A DNA stretch of 62,545 bases, counting the filler. It is 12 parts of 12 records of this genome, joined end to end, with 100 filler letters (N's around TTAATTAATTAA, not from the genome) between each part and the next. Parts side by side here need not be neighbours in the genome. Positions count along the whole stretch, not along the records: positions 8,175 to 11,932 come from SRR7504441_18668; positions 12,033 to 19,076 come from SRR7504441_18672; positions 19,177 to 25,216 come from SRR7504441_18673; 9 more parts are not named here. One strand, given 5' to 3'. Below, piece by piece: positions 8,175-19,218 of this stretch. The notes under the pieces are model-generated. The model saw only the letters and a program-made list of their open reading frames with translations, was not told where the DNA came from and searched no databases. The position numbers and the translations under genes are program-made. Position 1 is the first letter of the stretch; each line of letters begins with the position of its first letter.

Positions 8175-11100
8175 GCGCACAGCAATGAATCGCTGCTCGT
8201 CCCGTTCGCACGCCATATTCACGGTTCGGCTCAATCGGGGAGTGGACACCAATGAGAAGTCCAACTACTTCCACTTCATCGATCTGGCTGGATCAGAGTC
8301 GATTGGAGCCAACGAGGGCAGCAAGAGGTGCCAACCGTCAGGGCGGCGGATGAGCCGTTGTGCAGGGTGGCCGAGGCTCAAGCCATCAACAAATCACTCT
8401 CAGCACTCGCAAATGTATTTGTACAGCCCAGGCGTGCGGCATAACACATGTTGACAGGTGATCACAGAGCTCGTCCAGAGCGCCAATGGCAAAAAGTGCC
8501 ACGTGGGCTACCGTAACTCCAAATTGACGTTTCTCCTGCGTGAATCGCTCAGCGGCAACTTCACCACGAGCATCATCTGCAACGTCAACCCCACCATAGC
8601 ACACAGTACGGAGACCTGGGCGACTCTCAAGTTTGCCAAGCGGGCCAAGCAGGTGGTTTTGCCATGTGGCCAGTGCTGAACACTCGGGCTCGTGCCAGAT
8701 GGAAGTCATGCGGCCATCTGCGCAGTCAAAGCGCACTAAGTCCGCGATCGCAAGCTCCAAGAAACGGGCACTGACTGAACTCTCTGAGACATCTGCAAAC
8801 ATCTCGCCAGGAAAGCGGGCCAAGAATGCCACCGATGGCAATGCAAGTGCACCTGCGCGAAAATCCAAGCGAAAGGCAGAATTCGGCCACGTGAAGGCCA
8901 AGGTCTGCTCACCAGTCCGCGCCTTATTATTGAGAGCATGATCAGGTGGACACACAAGAGCCTGTGACCTCATTCACAGAGCCGAAACCAGTCTCCACAG
9001 TTCGCTGGGTAAGGAGTACATCTGAAGAAGAAGCCGAAGGACTAGAAGTTGATGAATTGTTGGCACTGAAGTTGACTGCTGCAACCAAGGGTCGTGGTGG
9101 GCTTGATGACAAGTTGCGAGTCGAAGAACGTGCCAAATTGGCCCAATTCTTGAAGAATCGGATCCGTCGGTTCCACGCAGAGAACAACGCCATCAACACT
9201 GAGCACGATGAGGTGTCTGGTCGATGGTCACGGCTCAAAAATTTGCTTTGTGCAGGCAGTCGATGTGATACAGAAGCAAATCGAAGAGCTGGAAGCGCAA
9301 GGTGACCAAGGCTCAAACAATAGTTGCTTGACCTGCTTTCTGGTGCAGTTGCTGAGCTGAATTCCGAGATTCAGAGCGCTACTCTCTCACGAGACGCAGC
9401 TAAGGCCGCTGAAGCGCAGTGGCGCAAGGATCGCACCGAAGAAGAGCGGAAGACTGGTAAGGCGGAGAAACGGATTGAAGAATGTGCTGGAGAGATCAGT
9501 AAGACACAGGCGGTTCAGAAAACGCAGGCAGAGACCCTAAAGGCAGTCAATGAGGAAGTCAGCGAGGCTCAGGCACGGCGTGCAGACGTGCAAGGAATGG
9601 TCGACAAGCTCGAGGACTACAGTAATGGGCTTCAAAACTTCAACAGCAAGCTGCAGGGTGACGTCGAGCGCATGAACAAGGCAGTAGAAGAACTCTCCGC
9701 CGAGCTTGGTGTGCTGCAAGGGGAGACATCGGCTGTGCAGAGTCAGGTGGATCAGACCACAGTGATTGTCGACTCCATGAATCAGAAATTTGTGGCGCTC
9801 ACCGCACAGAAGGAGGCTGCCGAAGCCCAGCAGCAGCAGTTCAGGGCTTCCATTGAAGAAGTGACTGCTGCACTGGAATCCGAGAACAAGCGACATGCAG
9901 AGCTGGGAGATGAGCTGTCTACCTTGACCAACGCTTGCTGGTCCACAGGAGAAGAATATGAGACACTCAAAGCGAAAATGCAGCAACTTCAAGCAGAGGA
10001 CGTGGCTCAGGTCGAGGTGTTGACTGAGGTTGGCAGGGAGCTAGAAGTCCATCGGGCTCGGATGAAGTTGGTGGACGAGTCTGCTCATGAAAGGGCACTA
10101 TCACTCCAGGCAATGGAGGCGAGGCTGACTGAGAGTCGAGCGACTGCTGCTAGCCTCGAGAATGATATCACGGAGGGAGAACTCTGTCGGAAGCAACTAC
10201 ACAATACTATTCTGGAAATGAAAGGTAACATTCGGGTATTCTGTCGGGTCCGGCCAATGACTTCTGCTGAGTCTTCCAACACACCACCCATCACAATTCC
10301 TCCGGCTGAAACTGATGAAACTGCAGAAGAGGTCAATCGAGCAATCAAGCTCCAGTTTGAGCGTCCAAATGATGGTCGGAAGCAAGACCACACCTTCAAC
10401 TTCGATAGAATTTTTGGGCCGACTTCATCACAGCCCGAAGTATTTAGTGAGATTTCGCAGCTTGTGCAGTCAGCGCTCGATGGGTTCAAAGTTTGTGTGT
10501 TTGCCTATGGCCAGACTGGCAGTGGCAAGACGTACACCATGGTTGGGGGTGACCAACCTGAGGCCCGGGGAATGATACCCCTTTCAGTGGAGCAGATTTT
10601 CGACACGGCACGCAAGCTCCGACTTAGGGGATGGGAGTTCAAAATGGAAGCCTCGTTCCTCGAGATTTACAATGAGACGATCAGGGACCTACTGAATGCG
10701 AATTCTGGTCACAAGCTGGAGATCAAACATAGTGCCAATGGCGCCACAACTGTGACGCATCTCAAGACTGTGGAGATTAGTTCAATGGAACAAGTGCAGC
10801 GGGTGATTGATAAAGCCAACAGCAATAGGGCTTGCAGCGCCACGAATGCGAATGCGCATTCGTCTCGCTCTCACTCTGTATTCTCACTGCAGCTGCATGG
10901 CCAGAATGAAAGCACGGCACAGGAGTCTCATGGAATTCTGCACCTTATTGATCTTGCTGGATCTGAGAGACTGGCACACTCTGGTGCAACAGGAGACAGG
11001 CTGAAGGAAACCCAAGCCATCAACAAAAGTTTGAGCTGTCTTGGTGATGTGATCAGTGCACTAGCGAGGAACGAAACTCACATTCCGTATCGCAACTCAA

Positions 11101-11261
11101 AGCTTACATATTTGCTTCAAAATTCCTTGGGTGGAGACTCAAAAACTTTGATGTTTGCCAATCTCAGCCCTGCACTGGAGTCAGCATCTGAGACCCTCTG
11201 CACCATGCGGTTCGCATCCAAGGTGAATGCTTGTGTAAATGCAACTGCACACAAGCATTAG
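8175..11261 (+). CDS. Kinesin with partial N-terminal motor, basic linker, coiled coil and complete C-terminal kinesin-14 motor (5'-truncated)
   Basis: Motor 1: [48 protein letters not shown]. Motor 2: [53 protein letters not shown]. Introns 8328-8365, 8415-8457, 8653-8698, 8903-8945, 9213-9255, 9302-9348. The kinesin-14 part is certain; the fusion depends on intron 8653-8698. Confidence 0.8.
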
Positions 11262-11814
11262 CTGCCAAGCTGCCCCGACATGATCGCTATGATCATTTAC
11301 CACAAATTACAACAACATCATGCACAATACGCATACAATCATCGGATTGTGTGCGTAGTATATCTCATGGCCAGCGCTCGTGTGACACACATAGACTCAC
11401 AACTACATACAGTACACGACATTGTACTCGTAGCGTACACTATAGTTAATTAAATTACAGGAGCCAACACTAGATCCAAGATTGGAATTGAGTACAGAAA
11501 CTACAAAAGTATTACAAAAGTAGAGACATTTGTTTTTTGAATTTTAGCTTTAATCAATTGCATGCCGTTGAATATGACTTGTAGGCTACTTGTAGGCATT
11601 GTACATAGTAAGTTGCATTGCACTCTTTTTGCACTCTTTGATCATGAGTTGCATTACATAATCTTGTATAATCATGTTATAATCATGTACCGGTACAATA
11701 GCTGCTTGTATTTTAGGCCTATGCATGCATTCAATCTTCAGGGTATCTAAGATGGTCGTACATGTATCGCTGAACCTTAGCTGAACCTGAAATCTTGTCC
11801 GGTTGCACAAGTTT

Positions 11815-11876
11815 GTGCCTCTGGTATGTCTCTGGTATGCCTCTGGTACTGTATGCCTCTGGTATGCCTCTGGCAT
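11815..11876. repeat. Short tandem repeat of an 11-bp unit (GCCTCTGGTAT), about 5 copies
   Basis: gtgcctctggtatgtctctggtatgcctctggtactgtatgcctctggtatgcctctggcat. Confidence 0.85.
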
Positions 11877-11878
11877 AT

Positions 11879-11932
11879 AGTAGTGAGTACCTACTCTGTC
11901 CTAATTCTATCCGTTGTGAGCGATCCCCACCA
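11879..11932. repeat. Dispersed repeat at a contig end, copy 1 (inverted copy at 47574-47627)
   Basis: agtagtgagtacctactctgtcctaattctatccgttgtgagcgatccccacca matches the reverse complement of the start of contig 10 with about 3 mismatches. Confidence 0.85.
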
Positions 11933-12032
11933 NNNNNNNNNNNNNNNNNNNNNNNNNNNNNNNNNNNNNNNNNNNNTTAATTAATTAANNNNNNNNNNNN
12001 NNNNNNNNNNNNNNNNNNNNNNNNNNNNNNNN

Positions 12033-13028
12033 CCAGTGCCACATCCACATCTAAATTCCGGTTCTCGTCCGAATCCGAACCATTGTCGTCCAATGCCACA
12101 TCGATGTCCAGGATCCTATTGTCGTCCGAGTCAGAATCCTTTGCGTCCAGCGCCACCTCCACATCCAGAATTCTGTTCTCGCCCTCAGAGCCATCCGACC
12201 CACTGCCCCCATCCTCTAGCATATCCTCGATGCTCGCAAATTCATCCTCCAGCTCCACTTCCAAACTGCTCAGCCCCACAAATCTAACCCGCCGCTCAGA
12301 GCGCGACCCGGCTTCAGACTGCTGGATCAGTGGGAAGCGCTGGTGCCCCCGCCGGTTCATCCCGCATGCGTGCGGGTGGCTGTGATCTAGCCGCTTCCGG
12401 TCCCTCTTAAGCTGATCCTTTAGCTGCTCTAGAGCCGCCTGCTGAGCAAACACCTGGCGCCAGATCAGCCCAGGCACCCCACATGGCCCGGTACCTTATC
12501 CCCGATCGCCATCAGCTGGTCGACCGCCTCAGCCTTGTCCGCATCCTGCCCCACCGCGCACCCCTCCGCCTCCAACGCTTCGAGCACGCTCTCCCTGGTC
12601 TCTCCGATCGAGGTGCTGAACCCGATGAGGTATTCATCCATCCCGAGCCGACCCGAGCTGAGCAGCTGCTCCCCCTCCGCCTGGAACCCGGCAAGCTCCG
12701 CCTCCAGCGCCCTCTCGCGCTCCTCCGCCATGCTGATCTCGGCCTCGCCGTCCTCCCGCGCCGCCCGCCGCGCCGCCCTCCGCGCCCAATGATCAGCGTC
12801 AAACTGCTGCTCGAGCGCATGGCTCAGCTCGCGCGCCTGGGCGGCCGCCTCCCGGTACTGCTCGCTCAGGCTCATGTACTCTTCCATCTTTGCCTCCAGG
12901 CTCTCCTGGGCCGCGCCGGCATTCTCCAGCTGCTCGAGCCCAGCCAGCGCGGCGTCGCCCTGCAGCCGGAGCGAGGCGCACCGCAGGTTGAGCTGCACCA
13001 GCTGCCGCACCTTAGCAGGCCGGCGCAT
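12033..13028 (-). CDS. Hypothetical coiled-coil protein with acidic repeats of about 19 aa (3'-truncated)
   Basis: Two ORFs are joined by a micro-intron (AIGDK|gtaccg...gccag|VFAQQ). The tail repeats NRILDV.VALD...SDSD three times up to the contig break. Start uncertain. Confidence 0.55.
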
Positions 13029-13167
13029 CCCGCAGGACCACTGTGGCAGCCTCCGGATGGACGGCGGGGCTTGGCTTGGCGCGGCCAACAGCCTCGTCAA
13101 CGGCAGCACCCCTTCCAAGAAGAGCGACGCAGCAGCAGTCCCTCCGTGGCCGGTGGCCAAGCAGGGA

Positions 13168-14056
13168 TGGTTGCGATCGTTCCCAAGGGCGATTTGGTCG
13201 CGCTGGGCCTGTCCGGGACGGCACTGCTGTTCATCATTGTCGTTCTGGGCGGCGACGCGTCAGTGCCACTGCAGCTGCTGGAGTATGACGCCTGGACAAC
13301 CGAATGCGACCTGGGCTATACCACCGCCAGCTGCAGTGGCACTGCTACTACGACGGAGGACATGTGGCAATACGTGAGTTGCTCTAGCCGAGCGGCGCAT
13401 TTACCGACGTTTGGCAGGACTGTGCGCTGGTCCCCTCGCTTCAGGACGACTGTGAAACAGCCCAAGGCCTCTTAAAGGCGGGGTTCGCGTTCATTTTGTT
13501 GGGGCTCCTGCTTAATGCTGCTTTCATCGTCTGTCTCATCAGAGCTGCCATACCCGCGGCCAGTGCCTTGCCCTCGATCCTCGGGAAGCGCATGCTCGTC
13601 ACTGTTGTAGGAGCGGTGGTCGGGTTGCTGTACTTCCTCGGGGTGGTGTTGTCCCTGAACGCCTATCCGGCGTATTATGATTCGCAGCCTGTCACATTGT
13701 CAATCAGTGGGGGCGGTGCGCTCATCATCCTCGCATTAATCCTCATCAATGTGGCTGATGTACTAGCCTACCTGGGTATCGACCCCAACGCTGGCTGTGC
13801 GGTGGTAGATGCTGGGTCTGTGGAAGTCACCCCACCTGATTGCGACAATCCGGCGACAGCCGTGGTCACTCCCGACCAACACGGAATCCTTGCCCAGGAC
13901 CAACCAGGCTCGATGTTCTTTGATGCACCAACCGAGCTCATTGATGAAACCAAAGAGGACTCATCTCCCGCTCCAGAGGTGCCGAGAAAGGAAGCTCCGG
14001 AAACACCCTCTCTAGAGGCTGGCGGCGCGGACAAGGCCGGAACGGCCGAGACCTAG
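13168..14056 (+). CDS. Four-TM membrane protein (claudin/PMP22-like topology)
   Basis: One intron (WQY|gtgagt...ggcag|DCAL). TM1, a Cys-containing loop, three more hydrophobic helices and an acidic tail. Confidence 0.6.
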
Positions 14057-14203
14057 TACGCATAGGGGAAATGTACTTTCGATGAGGTTGGGAGCGAGGA
14101 CGCTTCTGCCCCGGCTGCGCCTTAGCTCAAACGTCTCGTGCAATCTTGATCCAGTGAACCGATCGGTTCAATCCATTATATTCTTGAATTAAATCCAATT
14201 AGA

Positions 14204-17200
14204 TTACAACCTATTGACATGATCAAATGTTATCGGTTCGTAGGATGATTCATAGTCGCATTGAAACAACACCAACTCTGGGTTGCATTCACTCAAACTT
14301 GCGTCGAATGCGCTTGTTTGACCGCGTTGTCGAAACTGCCTAAGACCACGTAGAAAGGCGATTTGTAAAGCAATGAGGATCGCGAACAATACTAGGGGGC
14401 CTGTCCCAAATTCGAGATCGATCATGATAAACGCCACCATGATCCAGGACAACACCAAAACCAGCACCCTGAATAATGTCAGTGGCGCCTGAACTAGCAC
14501 ATTATGCGCCAAGAGCGCTCCAAATGAGTCCTGATCAAGCAAACTGCACCAGCGACAAGCGCAAATTTGCACCCACACAATGACAGGCATCAAGAGTAAC
14601 AGCGGGGGCACTAAACTCCCAAAGGAGCTCATCAAAAGTAGGGTGGTGAGCAGGTTGGCAAGTTCCTCTTGCGTTTTGAACGCTGCCCTGTGCGTCTCTA
14701 TACATGTCTCAAGACGCGCCGGGAGATTGACATCGTCAGTGCTATCCCGAGGACCCTTGCAGCGCTTCCAGATGCCATCGAGCTTGCTCATTAACCGCTG
14801 AACAAGCGGCAATTTGAGCGCGAGCCACCTCGTTGGGCTCATGAAGCCAGATATCAGCACGGACTGGAGCCACACATAAGTATATTCCGTCAGTAGTTTG
14901 CGAGAGCAAAAGCCGTAACGATAGGCATCGAAGCCTGTTACTCCGATACCCCAGGTAGAAAGCAATTGGGCTAGCTTGCTATCAAATTTGAGATAATAGC
15001 GGAGACAGCTCTCGTCAAGCAGAAAAACCACAATGAGTGGGGCGATGATCACTGTGGTCGTTTTGATTGCTACAGCTGTGTGAGCTTGAAGCTTATAGTA
15101 CCGAATGAGATAGGGTGAGCTGACTGGTGCCCCAACTTTGATACGGTATCTGATTGCTGCCAGCTTGGCAGTGACTTGGGGTGTAATCACAGAAGTGATT
15201 AAGAGGCTGATGAGTGTGATAAACAAAGAACTCCGGCACAAGTCTGTGAAAATATTACTCTCTGGTGTGTTGATGGCCAAAATGTAAGCACAAGCTGGGC
15301 ACGAAGCCAGAATTACTACCGGTATATGGGCCAGGTAATATAGCAGAATGCACCACCAAGACTGGCTTCTACGAACAGTCTCATCCAGCACACAATCGCG
15401 ATGCCAGGCGCTCACAGCTCGCTGAGCACCACTCGATTTGTCTGTGCACCACTCGTCCAGGAAGACAAGAAACCGCTCGGCCTTGGCAGAATGGCCTCGT
15501 CCAGCCAACCCTTGGGCCAACATGACGACCACGAATGAAACTAGTGATGCCAAGACGACGAACGAGTAACTGTAAGTGTCCTCCGGTAGGATTGGAATGT
15601 GTGTAGTGTCGATCAAGGGTTCACTGCAACCGCCATCGGTCTTATAAATATTTTCTGCCCAAGAATTCAAATAGATGAGCGCCATGCCCAGGACAGCAAG
15701 AACCAGCGCAACAATTCTTGTACTACTGAACTCCAGTGTATAAAGCAATACCCCAGTCAGGGGATCGGCTCTTCTATCAGCGCTCTTAATTTGCGTGAAG
15801 GGCTGAAGGTAGGTGGCTAGGCGAGTCAAGAATCTCGAGCCTTGCTGCCGAGGCCAGATGACCACCAAAATAGTGCCAAGATGAGCAAGAAGAAGCGTTG
15901 GTAGCAGAAGCCATAACACCATCTTGAAGTCGCTGTGTCCTGAGAATAGCCCATGCCTACCACGACGGATACGATCCGTCGTGAGAAGATTGCCAGCCTG
16001 CGTCGGTGGCAGATAAGCCGCCTCAGCCGTGAGGGCAGGGCACCCACTGAATGCCAAGGCAATCGAGACGAGCCTCAACTGCTCAACACCCTCAAAGGGA
16101 TCCACCTTCATTGATAAGACAGTTGCTCCTGACGCGGCGTGATATACGGGCACTAAAGCCACTGTGAAATCGGCTATGTTGTCATCGACAGTCCTCTTCA
16201 TGGCGTAGCGTGCAGGCTCGAGAAAAGTGCCCGTCCCAAGGTCTATGGCAGAGTCTAGAGCGGGTGCATTGCACGAGAAGTAATTGCTGCTCAACAGAAG
16301 TGTCTGGAGCTGGTCTGCACCTTCTAGCACGGTGGTCCTACCTCGAAGGTAGTTCCTAGCAAGGCTCAGGGTGCGCAACAAGCTAGAATTGCTTCGCCTC
16401 GAGGCGGTCCAGCTCGGTATCGTGCCAGAGAGCCTCAGCCCGTTGGCTAAAAGCGTTGTAAGGTTTGCCAGCTGATTGAACAACTGCGATGGCAATGTCC
16501 CACTTAGGTCTTGGTTGTCAGAAAGTACCAGTGTGATTAGACCCGGCGTACTATTGAAAAGGCTCGAAGGAATCGTCCCCGAGATTTTGTTTCCATTCAG
16601 AAGGAGGGTCTCGAGGCTGGATAATGAGAGCGCGTTGGGCAAAGTTCCCTGAATCCCACAACCCTGAAACAGCGCTGTATGCAGTGACTGATATGAGCTC
16701 AGAAGCTGCAGATCCCAGTCTAGTGAGGGGTTGTTGAACAGCGAGAGGAGCTCGAGATTTGTCCAGCTGCTGTTAAATGAAGGTGAACTTGAGCCCTCTA
16801 AGGAGTTGCCTTGAGCAGCGAGGTGCTTAAGATTGGTCAGGCCGCTCAGGCTGGGTGGAAGTGATCCACTAATCCGATTATAGGCAAAGTAACACCCCGA
16901 CACGTTCAGTAAACTGCCCATTGTCTTGGGGAGGGTGCCCGTGAATTGATTCTGAGCGAGCCCTAAGTTCTTTAGACTTGCTAACTGCCCGATGCTGTCT
17001 GGGATGCCACCACTTAGGCTGTTCCGGGTCAAATGGAGTTCACCGAGCCCCTCGAGGGCACCAAGGGTTGGGGGTATGGTGCCCGAAAAGTGGTTGGACT
17101 GTAGCAGCAAGGTCACAAGACGCGTAAGCGAGGTCAAACCTGGTGGAATACTTCCTCTCATAGAATTGTTTGCTAGTGCCAGTCGATCCATGCACGGTGC

Positions 17201-18500
17201 TTCGCCAAGGCATTGCAGACATGCGTCGCGCTGTATGTCACTGTGCTGATAGTACTGGCATTCCGGACATTCCTGAGATGAAGACCGTCCACATTGGGTT
17301 GTTGAAAGAGCAAGGTTGCCAATATTTTTAGGGATTGTTCCACTGATCGCCATGGAATTCAGAACCAGGCGCTGAAGTTGCGGCCAGGTGCTCACGTAGC
17401 CCGGAAACGTACCCGAAACTGGATTTTCGTGAATGTAAAACCACCACATGCTAGACAGCGAGGCGAATGAGTCTGGAATCGTGCCAGAGATTCTATTGCC
17501 ATTCAGCAAGAACTTGTTGATTCCCTCCAGCTGGCCTAAGCTTGCCGGCATGGTACCCGAAAGTCGGTTATTGTAAAACGATAAAGCCTTTCCCGACTGG
17601 GCTATGGTGATTGGATCAGCAATAATGTGTAAGTAACCGAGTGAGTCGGGGATCGTGCCACTGATTGCATTCTCATGTATGTAAAGGCTAACAAGCTTCG
17701 GAAGAGTGCCCAGTTCGCTAGGTATCGATCCTGACAGCCGGTTCGATTGCAAGTCTATCAGAGACGTGCCGTACAAGTGACCCAGCGTTTCTGGAATGCT
17801 GCCACTCAGCTTATTCCCGAAAAATCTGAACATCCGGACCGAGGCGAGATTGCCTAGACTGGATGGGAGCGTCCCGCTCAATGCGCTGTCGCTCATCCAT
17901 ATGTCCGATCGTAAGGAAGTGAGGTTGCCCAAGCTCGCTGGGAGTGTGCCGCGCAGCCCATTACTCCTCAAATCGAGCGTAACGATCTCTAGAGCACTTT
18001 GAGACGCCTGGCAGTCTATCCCGTACCAGCCTTTCCCTGCGCAGTAATCGGTACCACTGCACCAGCCATCGTTCCTTTCCCAACCGGCCCCGCCTGCACA
18101 CCACACACTGTCACGCGAATGCCTGGGGCCGAGGGAGACCGGTGGCGTTGTACAGCTCGACCAGCACCGGGCACACCGGGGGCTCGACTCCAAAGCTCTC
18201 GGTGCACTGACAGCCTTCAGTGGGTGGTGCGCTGGGGGCTGAAGTGGGCGGATCAGTGACTCCGCCACCACAGGCACAGCACACTTCTGCTGCCGTGTAG
18301 CCCCCCGAGCCGGCGCTGCTGCCGATTGGCTGGCTGCAGAAGCGATTCGGATTTCGGCCGAAGAAGGTACAGTCCCGGGAGCGGCCTCTGCTGCCCTGCA
18401 CGGACCACGGCTCCCCCCCGATCTCGAGGTCGACGCACGCGGCCGCCGCGCGCCACAGCAGTAGCCCGAGCAGCCGTGCAGGACTGCGCAGGCCTTGCAT
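14204..18500 (-). CDS. Signal peptide + Cys module + plant-type extracellular LRRs + multi-pass TM domain
   Basis: The first exon has a signal peptide and TAAEVCCACGGG. Intron 18094-18139 joins LVELYNAT|GGAGW...WYGIDC (LRR N-cap). About 20 LxxLxLxxNxLSGTIP repeats and about 10 hydrophobic segments follow. No kinase motifs. Confidence 0.85.
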
Positions 18501-18578
18501 TCCGGCTGAAAATCAACGGAACAGCTCCGTTCTCCAATTTTTCACACAAATGGCTCCCGTGTGACAAGGCCATCTGAG

Positions 18579-19076
18579 ATGACAACGCCCGGCGAGAGCA
18601 TCATCCTCGAGGAGGCGATCGATGAAAACTACGAGCCCACCGAAGACGGTGCGCCTTCGGCTCGGGCTAGCGACTAGCGGCCGCAGAGACGCTTGAGTAT
18701 GCCAAATGGCTCGGAATGGACGAGACCTCCGACCAGCACCTGTTCTGGATTGCACGCGAGGGCCTCAAGGTGCCACCTGCTCGCCGCTCCCGCTCATTGG
18801 CCACAGGCCCCGCTCCCGGAGCATTGGAAGCCGTGCAAGACCCAGGCGACCCGGCACAGCAGCTGGGGGCGAGCCAGGCCGGACAGGAGGGTGAGATTTA
18901 TTACTTCAACTTTTCGTCTGGCGAGTCGGTGCGGGGTGCCGCTGGGTTGGGCCGAGCCCGGCGTAGGTGTGGGATCACCCCTGCGACGAGTACTACAGGA
19001 AGACCTACGAGGACGAGAAGGCTAAGCCGCGGGAGAAGCAGCAAGGATACAGCGAGTGGGCCAAAAAGCAGCACGG
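18579..19076 (+). CDS. CEP164: CEP164-like centriolar WW-domain protein, 5' part
   Basis: Removing four micro-introns (one GC-AG, 18846-18886) gives ILEEAIDENYEPTEDETLEYAKWLGMD...[48 protein letters not shown], the CEP164 N-terminal signature. Confidence 0.85.
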
Positions 19077-19218
19077 NNNNNNNNNNNNNNNNNNNNNNNN
19101 NNNNNNNNNNNNNNNNNNNNTTAATTAATTAANNNNNNNNNNNNNNNNNNNNNNNNNNNNNNNNNNNNNNNNNNNNACCACTTGGCCCAGCCCGAACCCG
19201 CACCGCGAGTGAGTCCAC

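Noticed and set aside
11815-11876. Short direct repeats resembling a CRISPR array
   Set aside because: The 11-bp units are adjacent without unique spacers, there are no cas genes, and the context is eukaryotic.
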